From: Mustelus asterias
Taxonomy: Eukaryota
DNA length: 64,000 bases
Assembly (NCBI RefSeq): GCF_964213995.1
Contig: NW_027590388.1
Span: 62,001 to 126,000 of the forward strand
Direction of reading: 5' to 3'
Each line of letters opens with the position of its first letter. Within the stretch, counting starts at the first letter, position 1. Made by a program: the position numbers and the translations under genes. The notes under the pieces were generated by a model that saw nothing but the letters and a program-made list of their open reading frames with translations, made no database searches and was not told where the DNA came from. Positions 21,355-34,350 of the stretch are shown piece by piece.

Positions 21355-23033
21355 TTCACGGGCACGAGTTCTCGTCATAAACCAGTTGCTCGCCTCCATG
21401 CTGTGGTACCGGCTGGTCCCTTTGGCCCCTCCCCCTGGCTTTGTTGCCAGTACAGTAAGAAGTCTCACAACACCAGGTTAAAGTCCAACAGGTTTATTTG
21501 GTAGCATGTAGCCAATATCCAGAGAACCCTCCTGCGGTTCTTCTGGGACAATCGACTGCACTGGGTCCCTGCCGTGGTTCTGCATCTACCGCTTGAGGAG
21601 GGCGAACAAGGTCTGGTGTGCCTCCGCATTCAGATAGCGACCTTCCGCCTCCAGGCCCTGCAGAGGTACCTTTACGTTGAGCCCCCTCCACGATGGTGTG
21701 CCATGGCGACGTATTTCTTCCGCCAGTGGCACGGCCTGAGTTATGACTTGCAGCCCCTGCATATCGAACTGGGGCGTGCTCCGACCGCCCTGCAGGAGTT
21801 GCCCGTCTTTTACCAGGACCTCCTCACTGTCTGGAACAAGGTCGCCTCGCGACGCAGCTCTCCCCCGTCAGGAGTAGCGGCTCTCGTGCGAGAGCCGCTG
21901 CTCAGGAATCCGCTCCTCCAGCCGTATGACTTCAGGTGGCTGGCGGAGAGGGGGGCTGTGGACGCCGGGGTGACCAGAATCGGGGACGTGCTCGATGGCG
22001 GAGGAGCGGGCTGGATGAGTCCCCGCGTGCTGGCTGAGCGCGTTGGGACATCCGTCTGGCGCGCGGCCAAAGCCATCCTAGACCTTAGGACGGTCGTGCT
22101 CGGCCCCGAAACTGCACGCAAACTCGAGACGGCGCAGGCGTGCGGTGGGATCCCGCCCGAGCGTTCCCCTGTTCGGGCGGAATTCCACATTGGCCCAAAG
22201 CCTCAGCCCCCTCCCCTGGGTGAGGTGCCCCACAGCCTGAGCCGCCTCACGGAAATGTCCTCCGTGCCTTTTTCTACCGCGCGGAGGTGTTTCCTGTGCG
22301 GGCTGCTGCTGCACACCTTCCACTACCGCGTCCTCACCTGTCGCCCGGATACACCTTGGCGGGCCTTGTTGCCGCCGGGCGGCGGAGGTCCCTCTACGGA
22401 GGGATCTCCCCCAATTACGTCGGGGACCTGGGGTGGAGAGTGATGCATGCAGCAGTGCCGCACAACCGTAGGATTCACTGGTTCACGGGCTCCGAAGACT
22501 GCCCTTTCTGTGGCCTTGTGGAGTCCGTGGACCATGTCTTTCTTTTGTGTCTTAGGTTGCACTCCCTTTTTGTTTTCCTAAAGAACCGTTTATTAATGTT
22601 TTGCTTGCACTTCAGTCCCATGCTCCTGATCTACGGACACCCGGTGCGGAGAGGGGAGGGTCGGGATGGCGACCTCCTCGTGAACCTGCTCCTGGCGAAA
22701 CGCGCCATTTACCGGTCCAGGCAGCGGGCGATCGAGGGGGCCGTCCATCCTGACTGTCTTCCCCTCTACCGCGGCTACGTTCGCGGCCAGCTGTCCCTGG
22801 AGAGGGAGCATGCGGTGTCCATGGGCGCGGTTGACGCCTTCCGCGCCCGCTGGGCACCGCAGGGGTTGGGGTGCGTTATCGACCCTAATAATCACATTTT
22901 AATTTGATGTTTTTAAGTTTCCTTTGTACTTTGATTTTTGTTCGGGCTGTTCCCCCCCTCCTTTTGGGGAGCTGCCCCTTTTACTTTGTCCTGACTTAAC
23001 TTGAGTTTGTTTCTTTGGTTTGACCTAAAAAGA
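21355..23033 (+). mobile_element. Tx1-clade (L1 group) non-LTR retrotransposon, 3' portion; short PLE insert at ~21453-21510
   Basis: RVLVINQLLASMLWYRL, LHLPLEEGEQGLVC, GDLGWRVMH, C-terminal CPFCGLVESVDHVFLLC knuckle; GC-rich body with T-rich 3' UTR; frameshifted. Confidence 0.85.
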
Positions 23034-23373
23034 GGCCAACATCTGTGAGTAAAAGACTTCCTTTTCTCCCCTTTCCATTTCTTTTCTCATTCTGAGGGAA
23101 ATTGGGAATTTGCAGCAACTGAAGGGAAAGGAAGTGAATCCAGTCTGTACATTCCACACATTGTTCGTCCTGTCACATCGACATATATCTGTCTGGCAGC
23201 CTGAATGGAGATTTTCAGCTCTCTGTGTCTAGGACAGGAAGCAGTGAGCATGGATCTGTCAATCAGCCTCAATCAGCACCTTCAGGAGAATTGGGAGGGT
23301 GAATATTAGATACAGCAGAGTGAGAATGGAGGGAGAGTGTGTGGGATGGAGATTCACAGCTTTTGGGGAATTA

Positions 23374-24032
23374 TGTCATACCTTGAATGATACCTTGAAA
23401 AAAATTTTTTTTTAAATCATGCCGCTTATAGCTTGAGCAATGTCATTACGGGGTGGAGCTGAGCTGTGGCAGTCAGGTGATGGGGCTTTCAGATTCGTTT
23501 GTGGCAGTCAGGTGATCGGAGTTTTTTCCTTTCGGCTTTTAGTTTCGTTTTGGAAAGCAGTTTCGCAGCAAGCTAAGAAGCAGTCTCTTTGTCTGTATTT
23601 TCTCTTTGTTTGGTTCTGCCTTAAAGAAACTGTGTTTTAGGGGAACAGATTCGACTACAATCACTTCTGAGTTTCTTCCCAAGGGATTTTCAGCATTCAA
23701 CCCAGGATGCTGGATACCTGTAACAAGTGGGCATTAACCTATGCTGTAGTGTGCTTATTAGGAGTGTTTTGTGTATTGGATGTTGGCTTTGGTTAGAACA
23801 CGTTAGAGATATTCCTTAAGCGTTGTACCTTATCGTGGTTGTTGTGTTTCTTGTTTGCAATTACTAAAAGTTCTCGCTAATTGTCTTGCTGTGCATGTCA
23901 ACAATATTCTTAATTAAACTTTGTTTTCGATAAAAGCTCCTCAAGGGTCAGTTGAATCACACCTGGAGTAAAATGTTACAGGTCAGGCGAGCTTCATAGA
24001 ACACCTCGAAGTATCCGACCTGACTTTCAACA
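23374..24032. mobile_element. Probable solo LTR in the last intron of ZNF C
   Basis: TG...CA termini; interrupts the paralog-conserved GGGGAATGA...GAAT.TTCCATAGAAA motif; 4-bp flanks ATTA/ATGA (1 mismatch). Confidence 0.6.
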
Positions 24033-24398
24033 ATGAAAAAAGAATTTTCCATAGAAACTAAAATAGTCTGTTCTGAATTTCTCTCCTGCACCGACAATGA
24101 TGACTTTTGTAAATTCCTTTTACAGGATATCAGAGAGTGAGGATTTACAGATAGAAATCTCAAACTTCTCCTGAAGATCACCTGAAGATCTGACAGTCAC
24201 TCAATTCACTGGGACATGTATATAATCGACCTTTGAATCCAAAAGTAGAAAACTTCTCTGTTCTGTCTGCTTCAGAAGATTTTAAACATCAGTGTGACCA
24301 GAAAAGCACCGAGACACACTCACACCGGAGTGAGAGTGTTCCAGTGCACTGAGTGTGGAAAGAGCTTTAACCAGGAGAGTCACAAGGACACCCGCACC

Positions 24399-25661
24399 AT
24401 GGAGAAACCATGGAAATGTGGGGACTGTGGGAAGGGATTCAGGTTTCCATCTGAGCTGGAAACTCATCAACGCAGTCACACTGGGGAGAAACCATTCACC
24501 TGTTCTGTGTGTGGGAAGGGATTCACTCAGTTACCCGGTCTGCTGAGTCACAATCTCACTCACACCAGTGAGAGACCCTTTAAATGCTCTGACTGTGGGA
24601 GTGACTTCAAAAGCTCACAGGATCTGATGTCCCACCAGCGCATTCACACTGAGGAGAGACCGTTCAGCTGCTCTCACTGCACAAAGAGATTTAAATGGTC
24701 ATCCAGCCTGCGGAGACACCAGCGAGTTCACACTGGGGAGAAGCCGTTCACCTGCTCTGACTGTGGGAAAGGATTCACTCAGTTATCTGACCTGTGGACA
24801 CATCAACGGGTTCACACTGGGGAGAGGCCGTACACTTGCTCTGACTGTGGGAAAGGATTCACTCACTCAACCATTCTGCGGAGACACCAGCGAGTTCACA
24901 CCGGGGAGAAACCGTTCACCTGCTGTGTGTGTGGGAAGGGATTCACTACTTCATCCAACCTGCTGACACACAAAGTCACTCACAGCAATGAGAGACCCTT
25001 TAAATGTTCTGACTGTGGAAGTGGCTTCAAAAGTGCTGCAGATCTGATGATTCACCAGCGCATTCACACTGAGGAGAGACCCTTCAGCTGCTCTCACTGC
25101 ACAAAGAGATTTAAATGGTCATCCACCCTGAGGACACACCAGCGGGTTCACACTGGGGAGAAGCCAATCACCTGCTCTGTGTGTGAGAAGAGATTCACTC
25201 AGTTATCTGACCTGCGGATACACCAGCGAGTTCACACTGGAGAGAGGCCGTACAACTGCTCTGTGTGTGGGAAGGGATTCACTCAGTTATCCAACCTGCA
25301 GAGACACCAGCGAGGTCACACTGGAGAGAGGCCATTCACTTGCTCTGACTGTGGGAAAAGATTCACTCACTCAACCATTCTGCTGACACACCAGCGAGTT
25401 CACACCAGGGAGAGACTGTTCACCTGCTCTGACTGTGGGAAAGGATTCACTCAGTTATGCAGCCTGAAGAGACACCAGCGAATTCACACTGGGGAGAGGC
25501 CGTTCATCTGCACTGTGTGTGACAAGGGATTCAGACATTCAAATGCCCTGAAGAGACACCAGCGAATTCACACTGGGGAGAGACCCTTCACCTGCCCTCA
25601 GTGTGGGAAGGGATTCAGTACATCATCCAGCCTGCGGAGACACCAGCGAGTTCACAAGTGA
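24399..25661 (+). CDS. Tandem C2H2 zinc-finger protein C, 15 fingers, 420 aa
   Basis: ACCATGG start, MEKPWKC, 15 intact fingers; internal block duplication (fingers 3-5 resemble 8-10); acceptor TTTTACAG at ~24125. Confidence 0.9.
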   Translation: MEKPWKCGDCGKGFRFPSELETHQRSHTGEKPFTCSVCGKGFTQLPGLLSHNLTHTSERPFKCSDCGSDFKSSQDLMSHQRIHTEERPFSCSHCTKRFKWSSSLRRHQRVHTGEKPFTCSDCGKGFTQLSDLWTHQRVHTGERPYTCSDCGKGFTHSTILRRHQRVHTGEKPFTCCVCGKGFTTSSNLLTHKVTHSNERPFKCSDCGSGFKSAADLMIHQRIHTEERPFSCSHCTKRFKWSSTLRTHQRVHTGEKPITCSVCEKRFTQLSDLRIHQRVHTGERPYNCSVCGKGFTQLSNLQRHQRGHTGERPFTCSDCGKRFTHSTILLTHQRVHTRERLFTCSDCGKGFTQLCSLKRHQRIHTGERPFICTVCDKGFRHSNALKRHQRIHTGERPFTCPQCGKGFSTSSSLRRHQRVHK

Positions 25662-25751
25662 TGACCAGGGTTGGGTTCTGCTGTTATTGCTGCTGTTAAT
25701 CACATCCAGGACTGAACCATGTTCATTCTGACAGTTGGTGAAGTGGGAGGG

Positions 25752-26673
25752 TGTTGGGGAAAGGAAAAAAATCCAAGTGTGTTCGAGAAGATTTTAAACC
25801 ATTAGGCATTTAAGACACTGACTGAACGACCAGCATTGAGTTAAATGACTCTAAATCAGACTCAGAAGCTAACAAGGGAATAGTTCACACACGTGTGAAT
25901 GCAGTAAGAGATTTAAAACAAGTGATTATGATTTAAACGCATCTTTTGATATTTTAAATGTATTGACTGTATTTTTATAGAGTGATTGAGTGCTTTAGCC
26001 AAGAGCAAGTTGCCGCCGGGCCTGATGGTCTGGGGACTTTCAGACAGAGCCTCATTCTTAGGAAACAATGAAACCTCAGAATGTGCAAGTTCTTATTAAC
26101 GGGAATTGTGAGCAGTCAGGTTCTCAGGGCTGCTTATGAACAGAGTTATTCTCTGTCTGGATAAGACAATGCCTTCTCAGACATGAGAACGTGCATCAGT
26201 CTGATATGGCCGGTGACATGGAGGAAAATAGTGGGAAGATTAACTTTGACCTTAACGTCTGGCGTTGCTAAGCAGTAGAGGAAGTTGAGTCACCAATAGG
26301 GGAGGAAGCATCTGGATTCCACGGACCAATGAAATCCCATCATGTCAGAGGGTAAAATGCAATTGTCTAAAGTATGTGACAGATGTTATTCATGATTTAA
26401 GTATATGGAAGATTGATTCAAAGCTGATGAAAGGCAGGAGAATTTGATATGAAAAATGTAGAATTGATCGATCCGAAACTGTATTCATTGGAGTTTATTG
26501 GAGATGTCAGGCTGCTCTACGTCTGGAGGGGCCGAGGGCTCTTCAATAATCTCTCCCTGTGACGCACTCTTCAAATAAATGTTACATCTTTAAACTTGGA
26601 CACTGGCTTTCGTGAGTCCTTGTATTGGCTGAAGTTTTGGTGATATCCGGCCACCTCACAAACCCTGCTAACA
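25752..26673 (+). mobile_element. Solo LTR, 922 bp, in the 3' UTR of ZNF C
   Basis: TGTT...AACA termini, perfect 5-bp TSD GAGGG, AATAAA at ~26574; the flanks rejoin to the 3' UTR shared by paralogs. Confidence 0.85.
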
Positions 26674-27229
26674 GAGGGTTGGGTTTCTTTCTGTTGCATT
26701 AACCCATCACATGACTTTGCTTCCAAGGCTAATGCTCTTTGCGCCTGGGAGAGCACATTTCCAGTGAAATGATCCACAAAAGCTGATGAAGGACATTTAT
26801 TTATCTTGGATAGTAAATAGTGTTTTTCTAAAATAAATAAATTTTTCTCTGTTCCATTGAGTCTACAGCACAGGGCCAGGCCAGTCGTGTAACTAAGTCT
26901 GTGCACTAGATTTTAGTGAAACCCAACCATTTTCAGGTTAATTTCAGTTACATTCACAGCAATGAAAGGTTAAAATGTCATTTTGTTCTCGCACAGAGAT
27001 AAGAAGCCGTTTAATGTTCAGTATCATCACTCACATGTATTCATGAAGGGTTATTACATCAATAGGAATCAGCCAGAAACAGATGACTGACCAAATAGTG
27101 AACCTCAGTGAAGTTTCAATTGAAGGATAAGTTATTAATAATCAGCAGTTAATGAGAAGCCACTTTAGGATATTTCTGTATTTCTCCATCAACTTTGCTT
27201 ATGAGGACATTAAGGTGGTGTCAGAGCTG

Positions 27230-27690
27230 GGAAAGAAATGGGATGAGCCTTGGACTCTCAGGTCCACTCCATCCTATCCTCATAACCCCGCATATTTACC
27301 ATAGCTAATTCACCAAACCTGCTCATCTTTGGAATGTGGGAGGAAACCAGAGCACCCGGAGGAAACCCATGCAGACATGGCGATAATGTGCAAACACAAC
27401 GTCCTCACCTTCAACAATCAGTTTTTCATCTAGACACACGGAACAGCCATGGGGACCAAATTCGCACCTCAATATGCCAACATCTTCATGCACAGGTTCG
27501 AACAAGACCTCTTCACCGCACAGGACCTTTAACCGATGCTATGCACTAGATACATCAATGACATTTTCTTCCTTTGGATTTCTGGCGAACTATCACTGAG
27601 ACAACTATATGATGACATCAACAAGTCCCATCCCACCATCAGACTCACCACAGACTACTCTCCAGAATCAGTTGCATCCTTGGACTCTCT
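27230..27690. mobile_element. V-SINE fragment (-) joined to a PLE RT fragment (+, ~27395-27690)
   Basis: V-domain core at 27320-27390; GTAMGTKFAPQYANIFM coding sequence follows. Confidence 0.75.
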
Positions 27691-28579
27691 CCCTATCAGG
27701 AACACACACACTGTCCTTGACTGTTGAGTCTGTCTGAATGAATGGGACTCCGGTAAAGACATCAAGATAACAGGCAGAGCTGAAAGGAAGGCATTGTCCT
27801 AAGTTGAAGACCTTGTGCGTGATTAAATGGAACCAATGGAGTTGACTCTATTGACAAATTATAGACCAATTCGCCGTTTCCAAACATTTGCCTGAGGTGG
27901 ACTCACAACGTCTTTTGAGTCTAAAAAGAGGGGTTTCTGGGATTCACCTTTGTGAACATGGAGTGTAGGAGAAGCGGTTTGAATCTTCAGGGATAGTCAA
28001 GCTTCCTCCTATCAACGTGAAGGTCGTTTCCAATAAAGCTCAGGGGCAGATGAGTAGTTCATCCTGGGACTGGTTCAGTGATGGATTCCCTGCCCATCGA
28101 TACCCCAGGAAGGTGCCGCCTGTGCTTCTCGGAGGCAGTGACTGTTTCTCTGTCAGCCCCAGGAGTTCACGTTGTCGTCCCTTGGAATGATCACTGATTT
28201 GAAAGTGTGGAGTTGGTGGAGTTTCATTGATGAGTAAACTTTACCCTACATCCCATCTCTGTTAGTTAGGTGATCAGTTTCTAAAAGTTGCTTATAATCA
28301 ATAAACTTTGATACAATTGACTGATTTGGTGTCTGAGTCTTTGCTTGATGGTTATATCTCTGCCAAATTCAAACCCTTTAAAAGAACAATTTGGGATCCA
28401 GAATTGGGCAGTGTACAGCCAAATTGGAACAGTGTAAAAGATCAAAAATAAATATTTTTTAAGCTGACAATGTCTTTGTAACAATCAGCAGCCCCAGCCT
28501 TTCCTGAGGGTTAAATGCTCTCAGTTCTGAGATTATTCTTGTGAATATTTCTTGCTCCTTCTCCAGTGCCCCTATTTTT

Positions 28580-28868
28580 ACAGTGGTTAGCACTGCTGCC
28601 TCAGTGCCAGGGACTGGGTTTGATTCTGGCCTTGGGTCACTGTCTGTGTGAAGTTTGCACATTATCACCATGTCTGCATGGGTTTCCTCCGGGTGCTCTG
28701 GTTTCCTCCCACATTCCAAAGATGAGCAGGTTTGGTGGATTAGCTGTGGTAAATATGCGGGGTTATGAAAATAGGATGGAGTGGACCTGGCTGGGATGAA
28801 CCTTCGGAGAGTCGGTGAAGACTCAACGGGCTGAATGGCCTCCTTCCGCGCTGGAGGGATTCTATGAT
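28580..28868 (+). mobile_element. V-SINE (HE1-like)
   Basis: CAGTGGTTAGCACTGCTGCCTCA..., V-domain core, CR1-like 3' tail. Confidence 0.8.
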
Positions 28869-29228
28869 CACAAATGTTGACAGTATTCCCAGTGTAGTAT
28901 AATCACGCTTCCAATCAAGTCGAACATAACCTCCCTGCTGTTCAATTCTATCCCTCGAGAATGGAACCCTATATATGTCCCAGACCTTAGGGAAGATGTG
29001 AAGTTCTTAGAGAGGGTGCAGAGGAGATTTGCACGAATGGCATCTCACATCATTAAAAAGTACCTGGATCAGCATCTGGCAAATCAGAACATTGAAGGCT
29101 ATGGGCCAGTTGCTGGTAAATGGGATTTGGTGGGAGGTCGGGTGTTTCTTGCGTGTCGGTGCAGACTCGATGTGCCGAAGGGCCTCTTCTGCACTGTACA
29201 ATTCTAAGATGAGGTAATTCAGTTAGTT

Positions 29229-29548
29229 GGCGGCACCGTGGCACACTGGTTAGCACTGCTGACTCACAGCACCAGGAACCCAGGTTCAATTCCGGCCTCA
29301 GGTCACTGGCTGTGTGGAGTTTGCACTTTCTCTTCATGTCTGCATGGGTTTCCTCCGGGTGCTCTGGTTTCCTCCCACAGTCCAAAGATGTGCATGTTAG
29401 GTTGATTGGCCATGTTAAATTGACACTAGCGTCAGGGGGATTAACAAGCTAAATGTGTAGGGTTACGGGAATAGAGCCTGGGTGGGATCGTGATTTGTAC
29501 AGACTCAATGGGCCGAATGGCCTCCTCCTATACTGCAGGGATTCTCTG
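29229..29548 (+). mobile_element. V-SINE (HE1-like), full length
   Basis: GGCGGCACCGTGGCAC..GGTTAGC, GGTTCAATTCC, V-domain, tail GGGCCGAATGGCCTCCT. Confidence 0.85.
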
Positions 29549-29710
29549 AGAGACTGGAGCAGCTTAAATTTCTCTCTTCAGATCAGTCAGACAGTAGGGT
29601 CTAGAATGGGGCCATTCAGTCCACTGATTCAATGCTGGCTCTCTGTAGATCAAACCCCTGCCCTGTTCTATATATTGACAGATCAATGCTCACTGCTTCC
29701 TGTCCAGATT

Positions 29711-31505
29711 GCACCCTCCGTGCTCTCATCCCATGTACTCCCCGCATTGGAGATCTCTACTGCCTCCCGAAGTTACACAAGGCCAACACACCCGGCCATC
29801 CCATCGTATCAGACAATGGGACCCTGTGCGAGAACCTCTCCGGCTACGTCGAGGGCATCCTGAAACCCATTGTACAAAGAACCCCCAGCTTTTGTCGCAA
29901 CACTATGGACTTCCTACAGAAACTCAGCACACATGGAGCAGTTGAACCAGGAGCGCTCCTCGTCACAATGGATGTCTTGGCACTCGACACCAGCATCCGC
30001 CACGATGATGGCATTGCTGCAACGGCCTCAGTACTCAACGCTGACAACTGCCAGTTTCCAGATGCAATTTTACAACTCATCCGCTTCATCCTGGACACAA
30101 TGTCTTCACCTTCAACGACCAGTTCTTCATCCAGACACATGGAACAGCCATGGGGACCAAATTCGCACCTCAATATGCCAACATCTTCATGCACAGGTTC
30201 GAACAAGACTTCTTCACCGCACAGGACCTTCAACCAATGCTATACACTAGATACATCAATGATATTTTCTTCCTTTGGACTCGTGGTGAACAATCACTGA
30301 AACAACTATATGATGACATCAACAAGTTCCATCCCACCATCAGACTCACCATGGACTACTCTCCGGAATTGGTTGCATTCTTGGACACACGCATCTCCAT
30401 TAAGGATGGTCACCTCAGCACCTCACTGTACCAAAGTCCACGGAAAACCTCACGATGCTCCACTTCTCCAGCTTCCACCCTAAACACGTTGAAGAAGCCA
30501 TCCCCTACGGACAAGCCCTCCGTACACACAGGATCTGCTCGGATGAGGAGGATCGCAACAGACACCTCTAGACGCTGAAAGATGCCCTCATAAGAACAGG
30601 ATATGGCGCTCGACTCATTGATTGACAGTTCCGACGCGCCACAGCGAAAAATAGCACCAACCTCCTCAGAAGACTAACACGGGACACGGTGGACAGGGTA
30701 CCCTTCGTCGTCCAGTACTTCCCCGGAGTGGAGAAGATACGACATCTCCTCTGGAGCCTTCAACATGTCATTGATGAAGATGAACATCTCGCCAAGGCCA
30801 TCCCCACATCTTGCCTTCAAACATCCGCACAACCTCAAACAGACCATTGTCCGCAGCAAACTACCCAGCCTTCAGGAGAACAGTGACCAATACACCACAC
30901 AACCCTGCCACAGCAACCTCTGCAAGACGTTTTGGTCGTGGGCCGTGAAACATTTTGTCAGTTTGCAGATCTTTCATTTTGTTCTTCTCCACCTCCCTCG
31001 CTCAATTCTTCAGAGGTCAGTCTTTGACAAAGGGTCATCTGGACTCGAAATGTAAGCACTTTTCTCTCCTGACAAATGCCCGTGACCGCTGAAGTGCGTC
31101 ATGGGCATTCAGCCTCTGATCTTTGGGTAAGCATTCTCCAAGGCGGCCTTCATGACTCACAACAGCGCAGAGTCGCTGAGCAGATGTTGGATTTATGTCA
31201 CATTATCAGTAACCCCCACAGCTTGCCTCCTGGACTTGCGGGCTGTCCTGTCTGGAGACAATACACATCTCTTTAACCTGTGCTTAATGCTCCCTCCACC
31301 CACATTGTCTGTATCTTTAAGATCTGGTTGGCTGGAGGGATTCGCATTCTAATCAGTATTCTGTAACTTGATTTTGTGTCTCTGTGCCCTGTTTGAGAGC
31401 ACATTTCCACTCCATCTGACGAAGGAGCAGCGCTCCGAAAGCTAATGGTATTTGCTACCAAATAAACCTGTTGGACTTTAACCTGGTGTTGTTAAAACTC
31501 TGACT
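29711..31505 (+). mobile_element. Penelope-like element, decayed RT region through pLTR
   Basis: YCLPKLHK, LVTMDV, GTAMGTKFAPQYANIFM, RYINDIFFLW; frameshifts; pLTR at ~31190-31505. Confidence 0.9.
31412..31448 (+). ncRNA. Minimal hammerhead ribozyme (second PLE subfamily)
   Basis: CCAU-CUGACGA-A-GGAGC/GCUCC-GAAAGCUA-AUGG. Confidence 0.8.
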
Positions 31506-31989
31506 GGGTTTTCTCCCACAGACCGAAGGACTTGCTGGTTAGGTACATTGAGCATGCTAAATTCTCCCTCAGTTTACCCGAACAGGTGCCAGAGTGTGGT
31601 GACTGGGGGATTTTCAGAGTAACTTCATTGCAGTGTGAATGTGTGACACTTATAAATAAACTTTAAAAAACCTTGAACTTTTAAAAACTACTACCAAATT
31701 GGTTTCTTGAATCCCCTTTTTTATATTTTCAAAATGTAGAAAGCCCACCTCAGCCAATTGTTGGGAATTAGCCAATTGGTCTATAACTTGTCAATAATGA
31801 AACTGGTTTGGTTTTTAGCTAGTTGCACACATTGTCTGAATTTTAAGACAATTCTTTCTCTCAAACGATATCTCTTAGCTTGGGGTTGCCTGAGTGTTGA
31901 CCAATAATTGGTTAACATCAGTCATTCAATGTTGAGACATCTTGAACAGGAACTGATTCATCCCCTCCAGTCAAGGTTAACAAAGTATT

Positions 31990-32286
31990 AGTTTATTTAT
32001 TAGTGTCACCAATCAGCTTACGTTAACACTGCAATGAAGTTACTATGAAAATCCCTTAGTTGCCACACTCTGGCGACTGATCGGATAAACTGATTGAGAA
32101 TTTAACATGGCTAATGCACCTAACCAGCACGTCTTTCGGACTGTGGGAGGAAACTGGAGCACCCGGAGGAAACCCATGCAGACACGGGGAGAACGTGCAG
32201 ACTCCGCACAGTCACCCAAGCCGGGAATCGAACCCAGGTCCCTGGCACTGTGAGACAGCACTGCTAACCACTGTGGCACCGCGCCA
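31990..32286 (-). mobile_element. V-SINE variant with a different 3' tail
   Basis: tRNA head + V-domain + tail ...GTAACTTCATTGCAGTGTTAA; similar copies at 58145-58425 and 60938-61230. Confidence 0.8.
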
Positions 32287-32549
32287 CGCTAACAAGTCTT
32301 GTTATTTTTTTTATTCTGTTGGCCTCAGAACGTAACATTTTATAATTCCCACAGCATTTTAAACATTCTTTATATCTTTATAATTCTAAACGTTATAAAC
32401 TTTTGTGTTCAAATTTACATTTCCAGCCTAACAACTGTATTAATGATTCATTTATTATTTAATTGTCTCTCAATTCAGGCTGTCCATTTAACTAATCTCC
32501 TGCTTTACAATTGTGGGAACTTCAGTCACAAATAAGGTAGTCAAATGCA

Positions 32550-33790
32550 TTGTTAAAAGCAGGATGTTCTTTATATAAATAAATAACAAAGTTTAAAAAT
32601 CATTGGCAAACAAAAGGAAACAGGAGCATTGGAACCAGCCTGGACTTGCAGACTGAAACCCCGCCCAAAGCCCGCACGTGCTCAGAAGGGAGAGAGGTTG
32701 AGAAGAACACTCTGTAACACTTCTTCTCCCCTTAAATTTCAATCCCCCATCAGGACAGAAATACAACAAAGTAATGTCTTTAATAATACGGAAATCTGTC
32801 AGGAGCTTTGTGGTTGCATTGCGACCTGTACAATACCACTGGTAAATCTTGTAATGGTGTTTCTGGAATGGGAGGTGCAGAGGTAGTTTGAGAATCTGTA
32901 CATGAACATTCCTCTTCCACTCCCACAGCAGAGTCAACTGGCAAAGCTGGAACCATTTCCTGGTGAACATCCACAGCAGCATGACCCTCTGCCATGTTCT
33001 CAGTAATGGTTGCTGACTCTGAAACTGTTCCTGACACGGGGTCACACCGCAAGCGAATATGGTCTTGGTGTCTGCGAACAACTCTTCCATTTTACAGTCT
33101 CACCACCCAAGATACTGGACCACTTTGGTTTAAAATTATTCCCGGTAACCACCTTTGGTTCCTCCCAAAGTTTCTGATGTAAACCTGATCACCCGGTTTG
33201 AACTGCCCCTCTTTGGTGCGGTAGTCGTGTCCCTCCTTCTTCTCTTGTCTCCTGCTCACTTTTGCTCTGAGATCTGGGTGAAGCAGATCCAGATGAGACT
33301 TCAACCTTTCCCCGAAAAATTCCGCAGGAGAGAGTCCGGTTGTGGATTGTGGTGTGATGCGAAACTGGAACAAAAATCTTGAGAGCTTGTTCTTAAAGTA
33401 TCGCTTGCCATTCTCTTCAATCCCTCCTTCAGTGTTTGAACAGCTCTTTCTGCGAGACCATTTGTAGCCAGATGAAATGGTGCAGTACGCACATGGCGTA
33501 GACCATTCCTTTACAGGAATTCCTGAAACACCTCACTTGTAAACAGAGTGTCGTTATCTGAAACAAGCCAATCTGGTAACCCAGGGCTTGTGAAAATTTG
33601 ACAGAGCTTCTCTATTGTCACAGGAGCTGGAATATTACTCATGGTCTGTGCTTCCAACCATTTTGAATGCACATTTACAACGACCAAACACACGTGATTC
33701 ATGAAAGGCCCCCAAAGGCCACATTTAGTCTGGACCACGGCCTATCAGGCCACTCCCAAGGATGAAGTGGTAATGTACCCAGTGTGTTGT
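32550..33790 (-). mobile_element. Decayed Gypsy remnant: integrase + PPT + start of 3' LTR
   Basis: LVSDN, TAPFHLATNGLAERAVQT, TPQSTTGLSPAE in broken frames; PPT AGGGGAGAAGAAG followed by TGTTACA at 32719. Confidence 0.8.
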
Positions 33791-34350
33791 GCCTGATTCA
33801 ATCGACAAACAGTTTATTGAGTTACGCCAGCGGGGAGAAGCCACAGGGCTGATCATGTGTAACTCCACCCAACAAAGAATATCATCAATTCTTATCCAGT
33901 TACTCAGCCCATCCCGGCTGGACACAATCCAATCAGAATGGTGATAGATTACACACATTATAGGTTCAATAAAATTAGTATCTGGGCATTATGGGGCTTT
34001 GTGATCATCTCATGGACAAGTTCCCCTATCATGATGCTTTCCAGACCCCCCATTGGGGGGGTCTTTCTTTGTACATAGACTCCCTTAGTTAGAAATGGGG
34101 TGGATTAAAAGTTCTCAAATGGACGTCAGCACTCTTCCTTTGTTTTAATCTAATGACCACATGGTCTGGGAACATTTCTATTTAATACTCTTTCTTTGTA
34201 AACTCTTTTCTTCAGTATCCAATTCCAGAATTTTCCTTTTCTTTGTGTTACTTGCGTCAGGAATAAATCTTTGGACCTGACAGGAAGTTTAACCCAAGAT
34301 CAATCCAACACAGGATTGGTCAGAATCATTTCACATGTGTCAAATTTTAA

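Noticed and set aside
27720-28400. Possible additional solo LTR
   Set aside because: Has AATAAA and an LTR-like composition, but I could not define termini or a TSD.
29229-29300. tRNA genes at the A/B-box sequences
   Set aside because: They are SINE heads continuing into the V-domain, without a full cloverleaf.
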